Positions 35,641 to 48,572 of a stretch of 64,000 bases of DNA are shown one piece after another. The DNA is from Octopus sinensis (taxonomy: Eukaryota): the NCBI RefSeq assembly GCF_006345805.1, contig NC_042998.1, positions 192,882,001-192,946,000 on the forward strand. Direction: 5' to 3'. The translations under genes and the position numbers were made by a program. The notes beneath the pieces are model-generated. The model had not been told where the DNA came from. It saw only the letters and a list, made by a program, of their open reading frames with translations, and searched no databases. The number at the start of each line of letters is the position of its first letter. Within the stretch, counting starts at the first letter, position 1.

Positions 35641-35977
35641 ATATGCATCAATTAGAATTTCTCTAAACTTATTTCCAACTTTTAGATTCTGTATCTTCTT
35701 TTTCCATTTCGTCTTATATTTCAGTGTTATAGGTGTTTGCTATGACTTTTTATTACTGTTGTTGCCAAGATTCTGATACAGAGGAGCAGTGTCTGTTAGA
35801 TAAACTGTATGAGCTGCTGAAGGGGATACAAACAATCATCACAGTCAGAAGGTTGGGGCTTTTTACTAATCAGGGTGAGAAAACTGAAAAAGATTTTTTG
35901 TGTAGGTGGGGGTAAATGCTGTAATATGCTTTATATATGGTACCATATGAATGAACAAGTTTGTGATAAGAAAATAT

Positions 35978-36386
35978 GGATCTTTTCGGTTTGAACGGCA
36001 GTTTTTTAAAATAATTTCCACGTAACTAAATACTTTTAAACTTCGTATACTGGTAGAATGTGTTTATAAACCATCTTTTTCTCTTGGCTTTATTGAGAAA
36101 ATTCTATGGTTTGTAAGATATTTGTTGTTTTTTTCTTCAATTTCAACCAATCACTGACGTCTATTGAGGTAAAAAACATTCTGTGCCATATGAATATGTC
36201 CCTCGTTTAAGAAACAGATTGGGTTTATTTACATTTGTGAAGAAAAAAAAGATACCCTTCCCCCCACCCTTAACCCTAACCCTAGAACAGATTGAAATGC
36301 AATAGATCGATACTAGGGTCATAATTATGGGTGACAATTTCATATGACACCGCTAGAAAAAACTGCCGTTCAAACCGAAAAGATCC
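35978..36386. mobile_element. hAT-type MITE with ~30-bp TIRs and an 8-bp TSD
   Basis: TIR ggatcttttcggtttgaacggcagtttttt / aaaaaactgccgttcaaaccgaaaagatcc; TSD gaaaatat at 35970-35977 and 36387-36394. Confidence 0.92.
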
Positions 36387-37816
36387 GAAAATATTTCTAA
36401 ATTTCCACTATAATAGTTTTGATATTATAAATTTAGGATAGAACATGTGAATCTAAATAAGAACCTATGTAATTTCAAAGCAAGATTAGAAATATTTTCT
36501 TGTATACAATTACTTTCAACTCTATCAATAAAGAAATATAAAACATGATGGGCATAAAACATGTCAGCTCAGACGAAAATGTACTGAAAATAGGAGAGCG
36601 ATAATAAAGCTGTTATAGAAAGTTGGTTAAACAGAATTTGAATATGTCAGTTGATGGTTAGTATTCTGTGTCCTTCTGTCAAAGAAGGATACATAAAACA
36701 TATGAGCTGCTGAAAAATATCATTATCTTTCTTGTTATCTATTTCTAAGACTCTTCAAATTGATAGACAGGAGGTCACTTTTTATCTCATGCCTTAATGG
36801 AAAATTTCTTCTGATCACAATAATAGAAAAATTATGAGCTGTGGAAAACTTTACAGTGGAAATTTGGTGATCTAACTTTTTTTTATCAATAATATGATTG
36901 GTTTTAATATTTTTAACCATTTTTTTCCTCGGGTAGGGGAACAGGCAAAGAGTTATATTAGTTTTGTCAGTTTAGCTAAACTTTAGTTTATGGTAGTATT
37001 TGTTAATGATACTAAACTGTCTAAAGCATTTCTCTAATTACTATATATATATTACTATTTTGTTTCTACATTCTTCCATTTTGGAATTTATCTCTCATCT
37101 CCGCGACTTTGTCAGGTTGAAAGTTTAAATTAACATTAGCACTCTTAATTTTATTTTTCTCATTAATTTTCATTTACAATTTCAATATTATTCTTTATGA
37201 CTTGACATTGCCGAACAGAATTGTCAGGTAGCAATTCTAACATCAAATAGTCTCAAACAAGAATGAATTAACTATGAAGTTCTACTTTATAATCGTTCTC
37301 TGAGTTATTAGCACATTTAAGTAATCCCAATAATAAGGCAAAATGTACCACTGTATAAATTGTCTTTTTGTATATAACGGTGTAGATTAGATTGTCAAGA
37401 CAGCTGTTATTGCTTTCCTGTTATTACTTTTATATATCACCTCCCATAAGCTGCTTGTCTTCTAATAGTTTATCAAAGCTGTAAAATTCCTTCATATATG
37501 TGATCTAATTATGGAGGGGGGGGGAAGCCTCGGGATTCTTAGCAACTTCCATAGAAACTGCAATAAGGAAATTGTCAGTGGTGGTGGTGGTGGTGGTGGT
37601 AGTGGTGTGAATAATGTGAGATAATCAGATAGATCAAGGAAATCCTGCAAATGAGTTGAGGTTAACAGGAAATGAGTAAAGGGCAGCTGGCTCAAGGCCA
37701 GTTTCCAGCTGAATCCATTGAACATAAAGAGCAACAGATGTAAAAACATAAAAGAAAATGATGATTTGTTTAGCAAAGTTTTTTCCTACTGTAATTTGTT
37801 TTATTATTATTATTAC

Positions 37817-37884
<68 letters not shown>

Positions 37885-38581
37885 CCACACCTTTTTATTC
37901 CCTGCCACACCAATTCAGTTACATATATGTTTCTTTCTATTACCTTCACTCCGTATGATTTTTCTTTTTTGCTGCTGGACTACATCCAGAAGAGTAGCTT
38001 TCTCTTCTCATTTCAAATTAGAATCATGTTCTCACATCTCAGAGGCCATCTCAGAATTCACATCGTAAATCAAATATAGCCTATAAGCATCATAGCTCAT
38101 TGCGTAGAGCCTAATGGTTCTTAATTAGGAAGCTCATCCTTATTATACGGATGCTTTTGGAATCTAATGCTTTAGTCTGGGTAATAACCTCTTCTCTTTA
38201 TATTGTTACCACTTAATGCTAGTTTCTCTTATATACAGTTCGTTATTGTTGATTACTTGATTATAACAAGAGTAATTTTTAGTGGTATAATTCTGATAAG
38301 CTTTGCTGTAATTGAATTATTTCTCTGTTCATGTCACCAGTTTGTAGTTGCTTTCATTAATCATTTCCTATTGTAAAATTCTTGACCAATATTCTAAAGT
38401 TTGTAATATATATTTTCAAGTAGATAAAAGTATTAATTCCAAGACATAAAAGAGCCTGATTTATCATTGTAATAACTAAACATACCTTAGAACATTATAT
38501 ATATATATATTTAAATTAAATTAGAGATAAAACCACTATTAGGCAAATCAATATACATATATATATATATATATATATGTA

Positions 38582-38699
38582 TATATTCAAAGGGCAAGAC
38601 CGCTAGGTAGTCGGCCGTATGCTAGAAATAGATCACCAACGTTAGTGATCTATTTCTAGCATATGGCCAACTACCTAGCGGTCTTGCCCTTTGAATATA
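38582..38699. repeat. Near-perfect palindrome, ~55-bp arms
   Basis: tatattcaaagggcaagaccgctaggtagtcggccgtatgctagaaatagatcac-caacgtta-gtgatctatttctagcatatggccaactacctagcggtcttgccctttgaatata (2 arm mismatches, both G-T/A-C type). Confidence 0.95.
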
Positions 38700-38798
38700 C
38701 ACATGTATTAGAATTTTCTCTGATTTTTCAGATTTTTGTATGCTGGGCTACTGGTTTTAAATTGATGTTAATTAAATTAATATTAATTTGTCTCCCTC

Positions 38799-38837
<39 letters not shown>

Positions 38838-38840
<3 letters not shown>

Positions 38841-38966
38841 ATTTTATAGAAGGAGCTTCTACAGGACTAGAACTGTTTCATTCAGATGAAATCTTCAGGA
38901 GCTTCCTGAAGATTTCATCTGAATGAAACAGTTCTAGTCCTGTAGAAGCTCCTTCTATAAAATAAA
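38838..38966. repeat. Perfect palindrome, 63-bp arms with a 3-nt loop
   Basis: 38838-38900 is the exact reverse complement of 38904-38966; the loop is 'gct'. Confidence 0.97.
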
Positions 38967-39040
38967 TTACTTTACTCTGCTATGTATTGAGTACCTTATT
39001 TACTGTGGTTAACCCCGACTCAACCCGGGACCTACATATA

Positions 39041-39072
<32 letters not shown>

Positions 39073-39327
39073 ATGAGGGAATATTATTCCAAACTTACAG
39101 GGAAAATTTCAATTTAGAAATACTAAATCAAATTTCACAAAATATAATATATATATATATATATATATAAATTAGGAAAAACCACCTTTTATCAATTCAA
39201 TAATGAAAAATTAAATTATACCATTTAAAAAAATTACATCTTATAGAAAGATTAAATATAAGATAAAACATATAACAATGATTAAGTAATGTGCAAAATA
39301 ATAAATAAAACATATATGTGCAGATTG

Positions 39328-39368
<41 letters not shown>

Positions 39369-39374
39369 GTATAT

Positions 39375-39493
39375 ATCACCCTGATCACCGTGACCGACCA
39401 GGTTATCAGATGTTGCTACACATCGCTGGTCACAATGCGCTTCGCATTGTTTTAGCCTTCAAATGACGCCACCCCGCTGGCTAAGCGAGCAGG

Positions 39494-39498
<5 letters not shown>
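39375..39498. mobile_element. Short GC-rich interspersed-repeat fragment (possibly an RTE/SINE tail)
   Basis: 'gatcaccgtgaccgaccagg...ggctaagcgagcaggccaa' lies between microsatellites; classification is from recollection only. Confidence 0.4.
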
Positions 39499-39539
<41 letters not shown>

Positions 39540-40029
39540 TATTCATCATAACACTTTGCCCAATGAAACTCTCTCTTTCAACCTCCTATTTCTTCATACA
39601 TACCACTAACCTTTCTCTAACTGGTATTCTCCTTTGTATCACAAAACAGAAATGAAAATATCATTGGTTGTCTTCTCTAATTCTTTATCCACTTGGCTTT
39701 ATTCTTTCCCCTTAAACCATATCAGTCTACTTCCCTCAGATTTTGTACCATTAAATAATGTTAGAATCACTGCTACAGATAGTTGTCTTTTCAATCTTCA
39801 AAGTAAAGAAATTTACTAAGTAAATGACATTTAATTAATTTAATCTGCACATCCATTTTCTATCATGATTTTGTCAGATTATTACTTATCTGCAGAAACA
39901 ATAAGTGCTCAGCAAACCAAGATTGTGTATCTTAATTGGATCCACTTTATTTATTCTACTAGTGTTCTTCAGGAAAATATGAACACTACAGCTTCAGGTT
40001 TTACTTTCTTTATAATGCTTTCTTATACC

Positions 40030-40261
40030 TATTTCTTTACTGCCCACAAGGGGCTAAACACAGAGGGGACAAACAAGGACAGACAAACGGATTAAGTCGA
40101 TTACATCAACCCCAGTGCGTAACTGGTACTTATTTAATAGACCCCGAAAGGATGAAAGGCAAAGTCAACCTCAGCAGAATTAGAACTCAGAACGTAGCGG
40201 CAGACGAAATACCGCTAAGCATTTCGCCCGGTGTGCTAACGTTTCTGCCACCTCGCCGCCC
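40030..40261 (-). mobile_element. SINE family B, full length, 17-bp TSD
   Basis: TSD taatgctttcttatacc at 40013-40029 and 40262-40278. Confidence 0.95.
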
Positions 40262-40424
40262 TAATGCTTTCTTATACCATCTGGTCAACAAAACAACTCC
40301 TGCTGTGATAGGGATTAGTAAGGGTGTGATGTGTAATTACTACTGTAAGATACTGGAGGTGAACAGAAATTGTTACCTCACTATCATACAACTATCCATA
40401 CACATGCATCATATCCTCTGGGTC

Positions 40425-40740
40425 TGTTTTTTTTTTCTTTTTGTTCCTTCTTGAGCCGTGCCTGGCTCATAAGGGCTGGTTTCCCGGTTTCCTTGGCGTA
40501 TAGGTTCCCCACATGGACGGGACGCTGGTCTGTTGCAGGTGAGCTGCAAGATGCAGGAGGAAAGAGTGAGAGAAAGTTGTGGCGAAAGAGTCAGCAGAAG
40601 TTCGCCATTACCTTCTGCTGGAGCCGCGTGGAGCTTAAGTGTTTCGCTCATAAACACGCATATCGCCCGGTCTGAGACTCGAACCCACAATCCCTCGACC
40701 GCGAGTCCGCTGCTCTATCCACTAGGCCATGTGCCTCTAC
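40425..40740 (-). mobile_element. tRNA-headed SINE family D, 12-bp TSD
   Basis: Head gaggcacatggcctagtggatagagcagcggactcgcggtc...gggttcgagtc (A and B boxes); TSD atcctctgggtc at 40413-40424 and 40741-40752; A-rich tail. Confidence 0.92.
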
Positions 40741-40897
40741 ATCCTCTGGGTCAGTGTTAAATAGTAAGTAAACTAAGAAAATGCTTAGAACTTTAAAATC
40801 CGGAATTGCAATACAAGTTCTAAACAATTTAGACAAAATTTCTTACTGTAAAATCACAAAGGAATGGTTGAGAGGAACATGTTATGTGGTATCATAT

Positions 40898-41535
40898 TCT
40901 TATTTCTTTATTGCCCACAAGGGGCTAAACATAGAGGGGACAAACAAGGACAGACAAAGGTATTAAGTCAATTACATCGACTCCAGTGCGTAACTGGTAC
41001 TTAATCTATCGACCCCAAAAGGATGAAAGGCAAAGTCGACCTCGGCGATATTTGATCTCAGAACGTAACGGCAGACCAAATACCGCTAAGCATTTCGCCC
41101 GGGGTGCTAACGTTTCTTATTTCTTTATTGCCCACTAGGGGCTAAACATAGAGAGGACAAACAAGGACAGACAAATGGATTTAGTTGATTATATCAACCC
41201 CAGTGCATAACTGGTACTTGTTTAATCGGCCCCGAAAGGATGAAAGGCCAAGTCGACCTCGGTGGTATTTGAACTCAAAACATAACGGCAGACGAAATAC
41301 CTATTCCTTTACTACCCACAAGGGGCTAAACACAGAGAGGACAAACAAGGACAGACAAACGGATTAAGTCGATTATATCGACCCCAGTACGTAACTGGTA
41401 CTTGTTTAATCGACCCTGAAAGGATGAAAGGCAAAGTCGACCTCAGCAAAATTTGAACTCAGAACGTAACGGCAGACCAAATACCGCTAAGCATTTCACC
41501 CGGCATGCTAACGATTCTGCCAGCTTGCCGCCTCG
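40898..41535 (-). mobile_element. Three head-to-tail SINE B copies
   Basis: Units begin near 40898, 41115 and 41300, each with 'cccacaaggggctaaac...gaaaggatgaaaggc...'; the first two are truncated at their heads. Confidence 0.9.
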
Positions 41536-41713
41536 ATTATTTGGTATCGATTATTATGTGGTATTATATTCTGTCACTGATTTGGTGTGAAAGAAACATT
41601 TCAACTTTTATTATGAGATAACAGATTTACTTGACAATATACATGACCATAAGACTATAGATTTCTTGTTTGCAAGTTAAATAATAGATTTTTCTTCATT
41701 TTTCTACTGGTAG

Positions 41714-41732
41714 GAAGAGAATGATGGCTGGA
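41714..41732 (+). other. Candidate 19-nt micro-exon (GAAGAGAATGATGGCTGGA)
   Basis: Long pyrimidine tract 'ttttcttcatttttctactggtag' and donor GGA|gtaagc. Confidence 0.35.
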
Positions 41733-42334
41733 GTAAGCTATAGAGAAAAAAAAATGGAGAAGAGGGTGTAAAATACCCTGGTGATGACTTTACTTATTCT
41801 TTCAGCAAAACAAATATTGTCAGTGTAACATTATTACTACAATAAACCAGGCAACACTAGATATTGTCTCTACATTATAGTGTTATAACAGGCCTATTAT
41901 CTTTACTGTTCAGAATAGATAATTATAGAGTGCATAAACTACAGTGTTCTACTATCTTTATGGTGCTTCTCTTTACTTTTAATACTCTGTATATTAGTTT
42001 ACATATATTCTCTACACTATATTTCTCTTAAGTGGATTTCTTTGTACGATATGAAGAAATCTTTAAACTAAATTCAATATCACTGTTGATGCTATAGTTG
42101 TCATTTTTTTAGCTTTGAAGAATAGGTTTACAAATAAAAACAAGTAATATTCAAGCCTGAAATCGCATGATATTAAATTCTGTAGGAATATTAAAGAGAA
42201 AAGACCTATTATTTCTCGTGTTCAGCAGGGGAATATTTCTATTTTTTTCACATTTATTTTTCGATTTATTTATGACTTGATAGATAAAAGAGTGCAGCAC
42301 TTTACATTCTTTCACTTGTTCTTCATTTTGTCAG

Positions 42335-42379
42335 CGGCAAGACACTTCACTCTCAGCATCCAAGTCCACCTAATTCTAA
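42335..42379 (+). other. Candidate 45-nt exon (two open frames: GKTLHSQHPSPPNS or ARHFTLSIQVHLIL)
   Basis: Acceptor 'ttcacttgttcttcattttgtcag', donor TAA|gtaagt, length a multiple of 3. Confidence 0.4.
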
Positions 42380-43654
42380 GTAAGTGCTACAAATGGTGGT
42401 ATTATAAGCTATCAGCACATAGAATTACAGCTATGGAATCAATTAGTAATTCATTAATTTTCAGGACGTAGCTCCTCTTGTAAGACAAATTAGAACAGTC
42501 TCCTATAGATTCAAACCCACTCCAGGCGATATTTATCTATTTAAACTGGAGAGATAAATCTCATCACTTTAAATCTTTGACGTTTGTAAATGGTTAGCTT
42601 TCCTTTTAAATATAAACATATATAGTTTAGGATGGAAAGATTTGTCATTTCCTTTTTCTGTAACTGTTCTCTAGTTTGCACAGCCCCACCTTAAACCTAT
42701 CAGGAAACGTTCTGTTAGTTATCCATCTCAACACAATGAATAGTTCAATATGTATTCTTGTAGGTAATTTACAAAGGCTTGTCTGATTCATTGCATACAT
42801 AGGTTTTGAGAATCAGGCCCTATATGTGTAGGAGTGGTAAATAGTAAACCCATCCTCTGTTCCTCAGCACACTGCCTTACTCATTTTGTGTTGGACCACT
42901 GTCAGATCAACACCAGTGTGATATGTGCTAATATGCCAAATCCTAATGGAAATATAACATGTATTCTAAATCATGTAAGTCTATCCTGATATTTCTTTTA
43001 TTTGCTTATATAATTTCTTACTTTGCTTTCTAATGATGTTAGTCAATACTTTGTGATTTCTTTGCCCTCATGCTCATACTAAAGCATAGTACAAAGAATT
43101 TTGTAGTGTTCTCTGTTGTCTGTGCAATATTTACACAAATGTTTAAGTAGTAATATTTTCTAATTCAATATCTGTGGCTTTTTTCGCTGTAATTAATTTG
43201 CTTCTGTTCATATTTAATCAGGAGAAATATCTCAATTTAAATAATTCAGATAAATCTCTCCCAACCACTTTCTAACTATTTTAAAGGATAACGGTGGTCC
43301 CAAGATACAATATGGCCCTAAAAAGACTAGATTGTCACTGCTGACCATAATCCTTCATCCATAGGCATGCTTTATTCTTTGACATTGGGTTAACTCGTTA
43401 GCATTCACATTATTTTGTCAAAAGCAATGCTTGTTCAGTCACTTTGTTTTTAATTAATAATGTGTTATTTTGTAACTTTGGGAGTTTGTATGCGGTAACA
43501 GTTAAATTTTAGAATGATATTGTAGAGTTGGTGTGAGAGGTCAGATCTGACCATTTTGAACATAAAACAGGTAGAATATTTTGGCTAGATATGACCAGTT
43601 TGAATGCTAAAGGGCTAAACAGCAAAGCAGATTAACATCTATTAGATGTACTAT

Positions 43655-44582
43655 CATTATCATCATCATTTAACGTCTCCTTTCAATGCTGGCATGGGTT
43701 GGATGATTTGACGGAAAACTGGTAAGCCAGGAAGCTGCACCAGATTCTGATCTGATTTGGTCAAGTTTCTATGACTGGATACCCTTCCTAATGCCGACAA
43801 CTCTGGGAGTGTAGTGGATGTTTTTTTACGTACCACCGGCACAGGTACCAATGACCTGACACCAGCATCGGTCACAACTATGGTCTTACTTGGTTTGACA
43901 GGTCTACACAAACACAATATATTGTCAAAGGTCTTGATCACCTTTTCACTGCCTCCATGAGGCCCAATGCTCAAACAGTGCTTTTTACGTGCCACCAGCA
44001 CAGGTGCCACTCAGACGACACTAGCATCAACCATGACTACAATTTCACTCAGCTCAACAGGTCTTCACAAGCACAGCATATTGCCCAATGTTTAAATCGT
44101 GCTTTTAACAGGCCAGTTTTGCAACACTGATATCAGCCATGACAACAATCTTACGTGACTTGATGGGTCTTCTTAAGCACGGCATATCACCATAAAAGAA
44201 TATAAAAGAATATATATTTAATTACTATAAAAAAAAGAAATATACTTCATTTAAATATTAAATAACGTGTGTGTGTGTGTGTGTATTTTCTCACATTTGC
44301 TGTTTATTAAAATGACCAGCATCGCCTTACTAGCACCTGTGCCGGTGGCATGTGTAAAAGATTCAAGCAAGGTCGTTACTAGTACCGCCTGACTGACCCC
44401 ATGCCGGTGGCACATAAAAGCACCCACTACACTTCTCGGTGTGGTTGGCATTAGGAAGGGCATCCATTTGTAGAAACTCTGCCAGATCAAGATTGGAGTC
44501 CGGTGCAGCCATCTGGTTCGCCAGGCCTCAGTCAAAATCATCCAACCCATGCTAGCATGGAAAGCGGACGTTAAACGACGAA
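43655..44582. mobile_element. Two family C repeats in opposite orientation (43655-44190 and 44310-44582)
   Basis: Family C termini point outward at both ends. Confidence 0.8.
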
Positions 44583-44917
44583 CAAACGAACGACTTCTTT
44601 AGGAATGTTAATATAACCCTTTAGGAATGTTACTATGACTTGAAAGTTCGTTACTGTTACCACAGGGCCAGGAAATCAAAAAAGAAATAATGAGTGTCAT
44701 CATTATTTTTTTTTAGATTCTGTGTTGTAACCCCACAGGAATCAATTAAATAAGTACCTGTCATATACTGCTGTTAGCTAAGTTGACTTACACTCTTTCC
44801 CTATAAATTGTGGCTACATACCAATGTGAGAAATCATTGTTATTCATTGATTCGTTAGCACTTCCTCAAAGACACTGGTTCATTGTTACTTCGTCAGGTA
44901 CATATGCATCAGGTACA

Positions 44918-45209
44918 TAGGCAACCGTGGAGAATGGCGACGTACAGTAAAAGAGGGAATACAAAGGAGTGACAGAGAGAGAGAGGAGAAATGGAAAGAA
45001 AGGAAGAGACGTAAACAAGAGACTATGGCATTACAACCAGCCAGGAACAGTCTTCGCTACATTTGCGGTACCTGCCAGAGGGAGTGTTTGTCCAGGATAG
45101 GACTACACAGCCACAGCAGGAAATGTATCAGGACATGAAATATAAAAGCCGGACTAGACTACTTCATGCGCAACTCCATTGTCTCCCGAGACAGAAAGGA
45201 TGCCAATAC
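44918..45209 (+). mobile_element. RTE/BovB-like LINE 3' end
   Basis: '...NRGEWRRTVKEGIQ...YICGTCQRECLSRIGLHSHSRKC' (terminal Cys/His motif) and tail 'ccattgtctcccgagacagaaaggatgcc'. Confidence 0.8.
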
Positions 45210-45972
45210 AATACAATATGCATTTATAAGACTTTACTTAAGTTCTTGTTTATAGTTGTATCGTAAAACAATTCTGGTTTTGTATACTTGTTGTTTAGAC
45301 CCAGGTTTCTCTTGTTCAAGCAAATCTGTTATGAAAGATATTTCAAATTTGGCTGTTATTTCTAACAGGTTCTATAACCACAAAGAGGTTTTCCTCGTTG
45401 AGTTGTTCTTCATTTTTTTTTTTTTTTGTGGTATTATTTTCAATATTTTCAACCATTCCTAGACGTGACTATCCTGTCTTGTCAACACGTTTTAAGTCGT
45501 ATAAATTACATAAAATGTCGTCATCATATTAAAGAACGCCTGTGATTTGATTGGCTGATGGAGAAAGAGTGAGTGGATTCATTGATTACATAAAAGCTTC
45601 AGTGTTAATTCTGTTGCACCATCCTGGATGTTCATGCTATGTATGCTATTTCAACAACCTCTTGTTGTTTCTATACATGATTAAACTTTATATTCTGACA
45701 TCACTTTAGCATTTTTGTCAAACCTGACATACTTCTTTCTTTTATTTTTGTTACATCCAATATCCTATCTCCACCTTTTATTATCATCACTTCCTACTAA
45801 TTACACTTCTGTTATTATTATTATAATTAAGCTGATATTTCAGTTCCTGCCAAGGTTGTCTTTCATCCTTTTGAGGATGATAAAATAAATACCAGTCATA
45901 AAATCAGGTTCATATAATCAACTGTATCTCCCTCCCTCCTTAGATCTGTTAGAAATTATTATTGCTACCTTG

Positions 45973-46011
<39 letters not shown>

Positions 46012-46139
46012 GTTATCTTTTTTTTCTTCTTCTTTCAAATTTGCTTCCATTTCTTGCTGAGTGTCTTCCCGACTCCTAGGGCAAAGTAACTCATAGTATA
46101 CATTGGTAGGCCATTAAACTAAACTCACTAGTTCGTTCA

Positions 46140-46149
46140 TTTTTTAAAA

Positions 46150-46187
<38 letters not shown>

Positions 46188-46189
46188 CA

Positions 46190-46229
<40 letters not shown>

Positions 46230-46294
46230 CATTATTATTATCGTTATTATTATTATTATCATTATTATTATCATTATTATTAATGTTATTAGTA

Positions 46295-46328
<34 letters not shown>

Positions 46329-46350
46329 CATTATTATTATTATTATACTA
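46140..46350. repeat. (ATT)n microsatellite
   Basis: Directly visible. Confidence 0.95.
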
Positions 46351-47104
46351 GAACCAGACATTTCACTCACTTCATTAATGTCCACAAAAAGCCTCAATAT
46401 TATAATTTTCCTATTTCTTTGTTACTGATAATAATGTTAGTTTACATTATTTACATTTGATGGATATTTGTCCTCATCTTGTTTGTTGTTAACACAACAT
46501 TTCGGCTGATAAACTCTCCAGCTTTCATCAGGTGTCTTGGAGAAATTTCGAACCTGGGTTCTCATTCCTAGGACATTTTTTTATGTTGTTATTATTATTC
46601 AGGTCACTTCCTGGAATCGAACTCAGGATCTTGGGGTTAGTAGCCCATGCTCTTAACCACTATGCCATAATAATGTTAGGTTCTATCTTAGGAACCACAA
46701 TATTTCAAAACAAAATGTTCATTTACCTAAGTAATAATAGTACATCTGAATAATTACCAATATCTCTTTCATACCATATCGTCTTAAAAGACACACATGT
46801 GTGCATACACACACACACATGTGTGCATGCACACACGCACACACACATGCAGAGGAAAATGTAGATGCAGATAAATAAGATGAGAAGTTTCATGGCTGTT
46901 GTGGTTTTGACTATAAGAGGTAACACTGAAAGACTACAACATTGACAACCACTCCGTGAGTGTAGTGGGTGCTTTTTACGTGCCACCTGCACAGGTCCCA
47001 GGCGAGGCTGGCAATGGCCATGATCGGATTGGTGCATTTTACATGCCACCGGTACGGAAGCCAGTCAAGGCGGCGCTGGCATCGGCCACGATTCGTTTTT
47101 AATA

Positions 47105-47365
47105 AGGTAAAAGTAAAGGTTACCTTCTCAGGTCATGCTGACTCACAAGGACCAGTTTTCTGGTTTCATGGCATTTATATTTTGTGCCTGGACGGGACAC
47201 CGATCCATCGCAGGATTACTCATTTTGCCAGCTGAGTGGCCTGGAGCAATGTGAAATGAAGTGTTTTGCTCAAGAACACAACATGTCATCAGTCAGTTCA
47301 GAAATCAAAGCCACATTCTTATAATAATGAATCCCATACCCTAACCACTAAGCCACGCACCTTAG
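47105..47365 (-). mobile_element. tRNA-headed SINE, degenerate (family D-related)
   Basis: 'tggacgggacaccg' shared with the 40425 element; 'ccctaaccactaagccac' is the remnant head. Confidence 0.65.
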
Positions 47366-48189
47366 GCTTGGACAGCATTTGATCCTAGGTCTGCTGACAC
47401 CAGCCTAGACATAAGCACACATTAAAATCAACAATGGCTCAAACCTTCTGAATCAATGTCAGAAATCGAATGCTTGATTTCAACTACACATGATTAATGT
47501 TTGACCACAATAAAAAGAAAAAAAAGTTGTAAAAACAAATCTAAACTCTAAATAGTAGAATGTACTGTGAACGTCAAGATGTGCTGTCAAAATTTGATCT
47601 ATGTTTGTTGGTTTTGACAACGATGGAAAATATTCACAAGCATGACCGAGTAGGTGGTTAGACTATATAGTAAGGCCAATATGGCAATAATTCAAAACCA
47701 GTGTAGATAATAAGTGACATATGTACATGCATCAAAAATTATATTTCACAGAGGTAAGGCTACAATACTCTGGGGGGCCAACCTATACTAGCAAATGATT
47801 CAAAAGAAACCAAATTAAAACTGCTAGATGGTAACCTTTATTATTTCATATACCATTTTTTATATTCTCATTGATATCTTGATTGCTTTATGATTAAAGT
47901 AGAAATTTACAATGACTTAGAATTGAAATAATGGAACTACTGGCAGTGTTGTTAATAGCTGGGGTTTTGGTTATAAATATGAACAATAACCAAACCATAT
48001 CAAGGAGTACTCTGGTGTATTTAAGGTATACAGTGGAGTACTCCTCACTCCTGAACAGTGTTGCTGCTACACATATACACAAACATCCTGCATCACATCT
48101 AAAAGAAGGCTACCGGATTGACTGGCACCAAACTATAGCCTTTGTGTCTCTTCCTTCATCTATTCTATCACTGCTACAATGGCCCATGG

Positions 48190-48572
48190 GGCGGCGCAAT
48201 GGCCCAGTGGTTAGGGCAGCGGACTCGCGGTCATAGGATCGCGGTTTCAATTCCCAGACCGGGCGTTGTGAGTGTTTATTGAGCGAAAACACCTAAAAGC
48301 TCCACGAGGCTCCGGCAGGGGATGGTGGTGAACCCTGCTGTACTCTTTCACCACAACTTTCTCTCACTCTTACTTCCTGTTTCTGTTGTACCTGTATTTC
48401 AAAGGGCCGGCCTTGTCACTCTCTGTGTCACACTGAATATCCCCGAGAACTACGTTAAGGGTGCACGTGTCTGTGGAGTGCTCAGCCACTTACACGTTAA
48501 TTTCACAAGCAGGCTGTTCCGTTGATTCGGATCAACCGGAACCCTCGTCGTCGTAACTGACGGAGTGCTTCC
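48190..48572 (+). mobile_element. tRNA-headed SINE (family D head, different 3' body), 14-bp TSD
   Basis: Head tggcccagtggttagggcagcggactcgcggtc; TSD acaatg(g/a)cccatgg at 48176-48189 and 48573-48586. Confidence 0.92.

Noticed and set aside
36268-36285. Telomere or interstitial telomeric site
   Set aside because: Only about two hexamers, and they lie inside a MITE.
40660-40740. tRNA genes at SINE heads (also 48190-48265 and family A/B heads)
   Set aside because: A and B boxes are present, but there is no complete cloverleaf or acceptor stem, and each continues into a SINE body bounded by TSDs.
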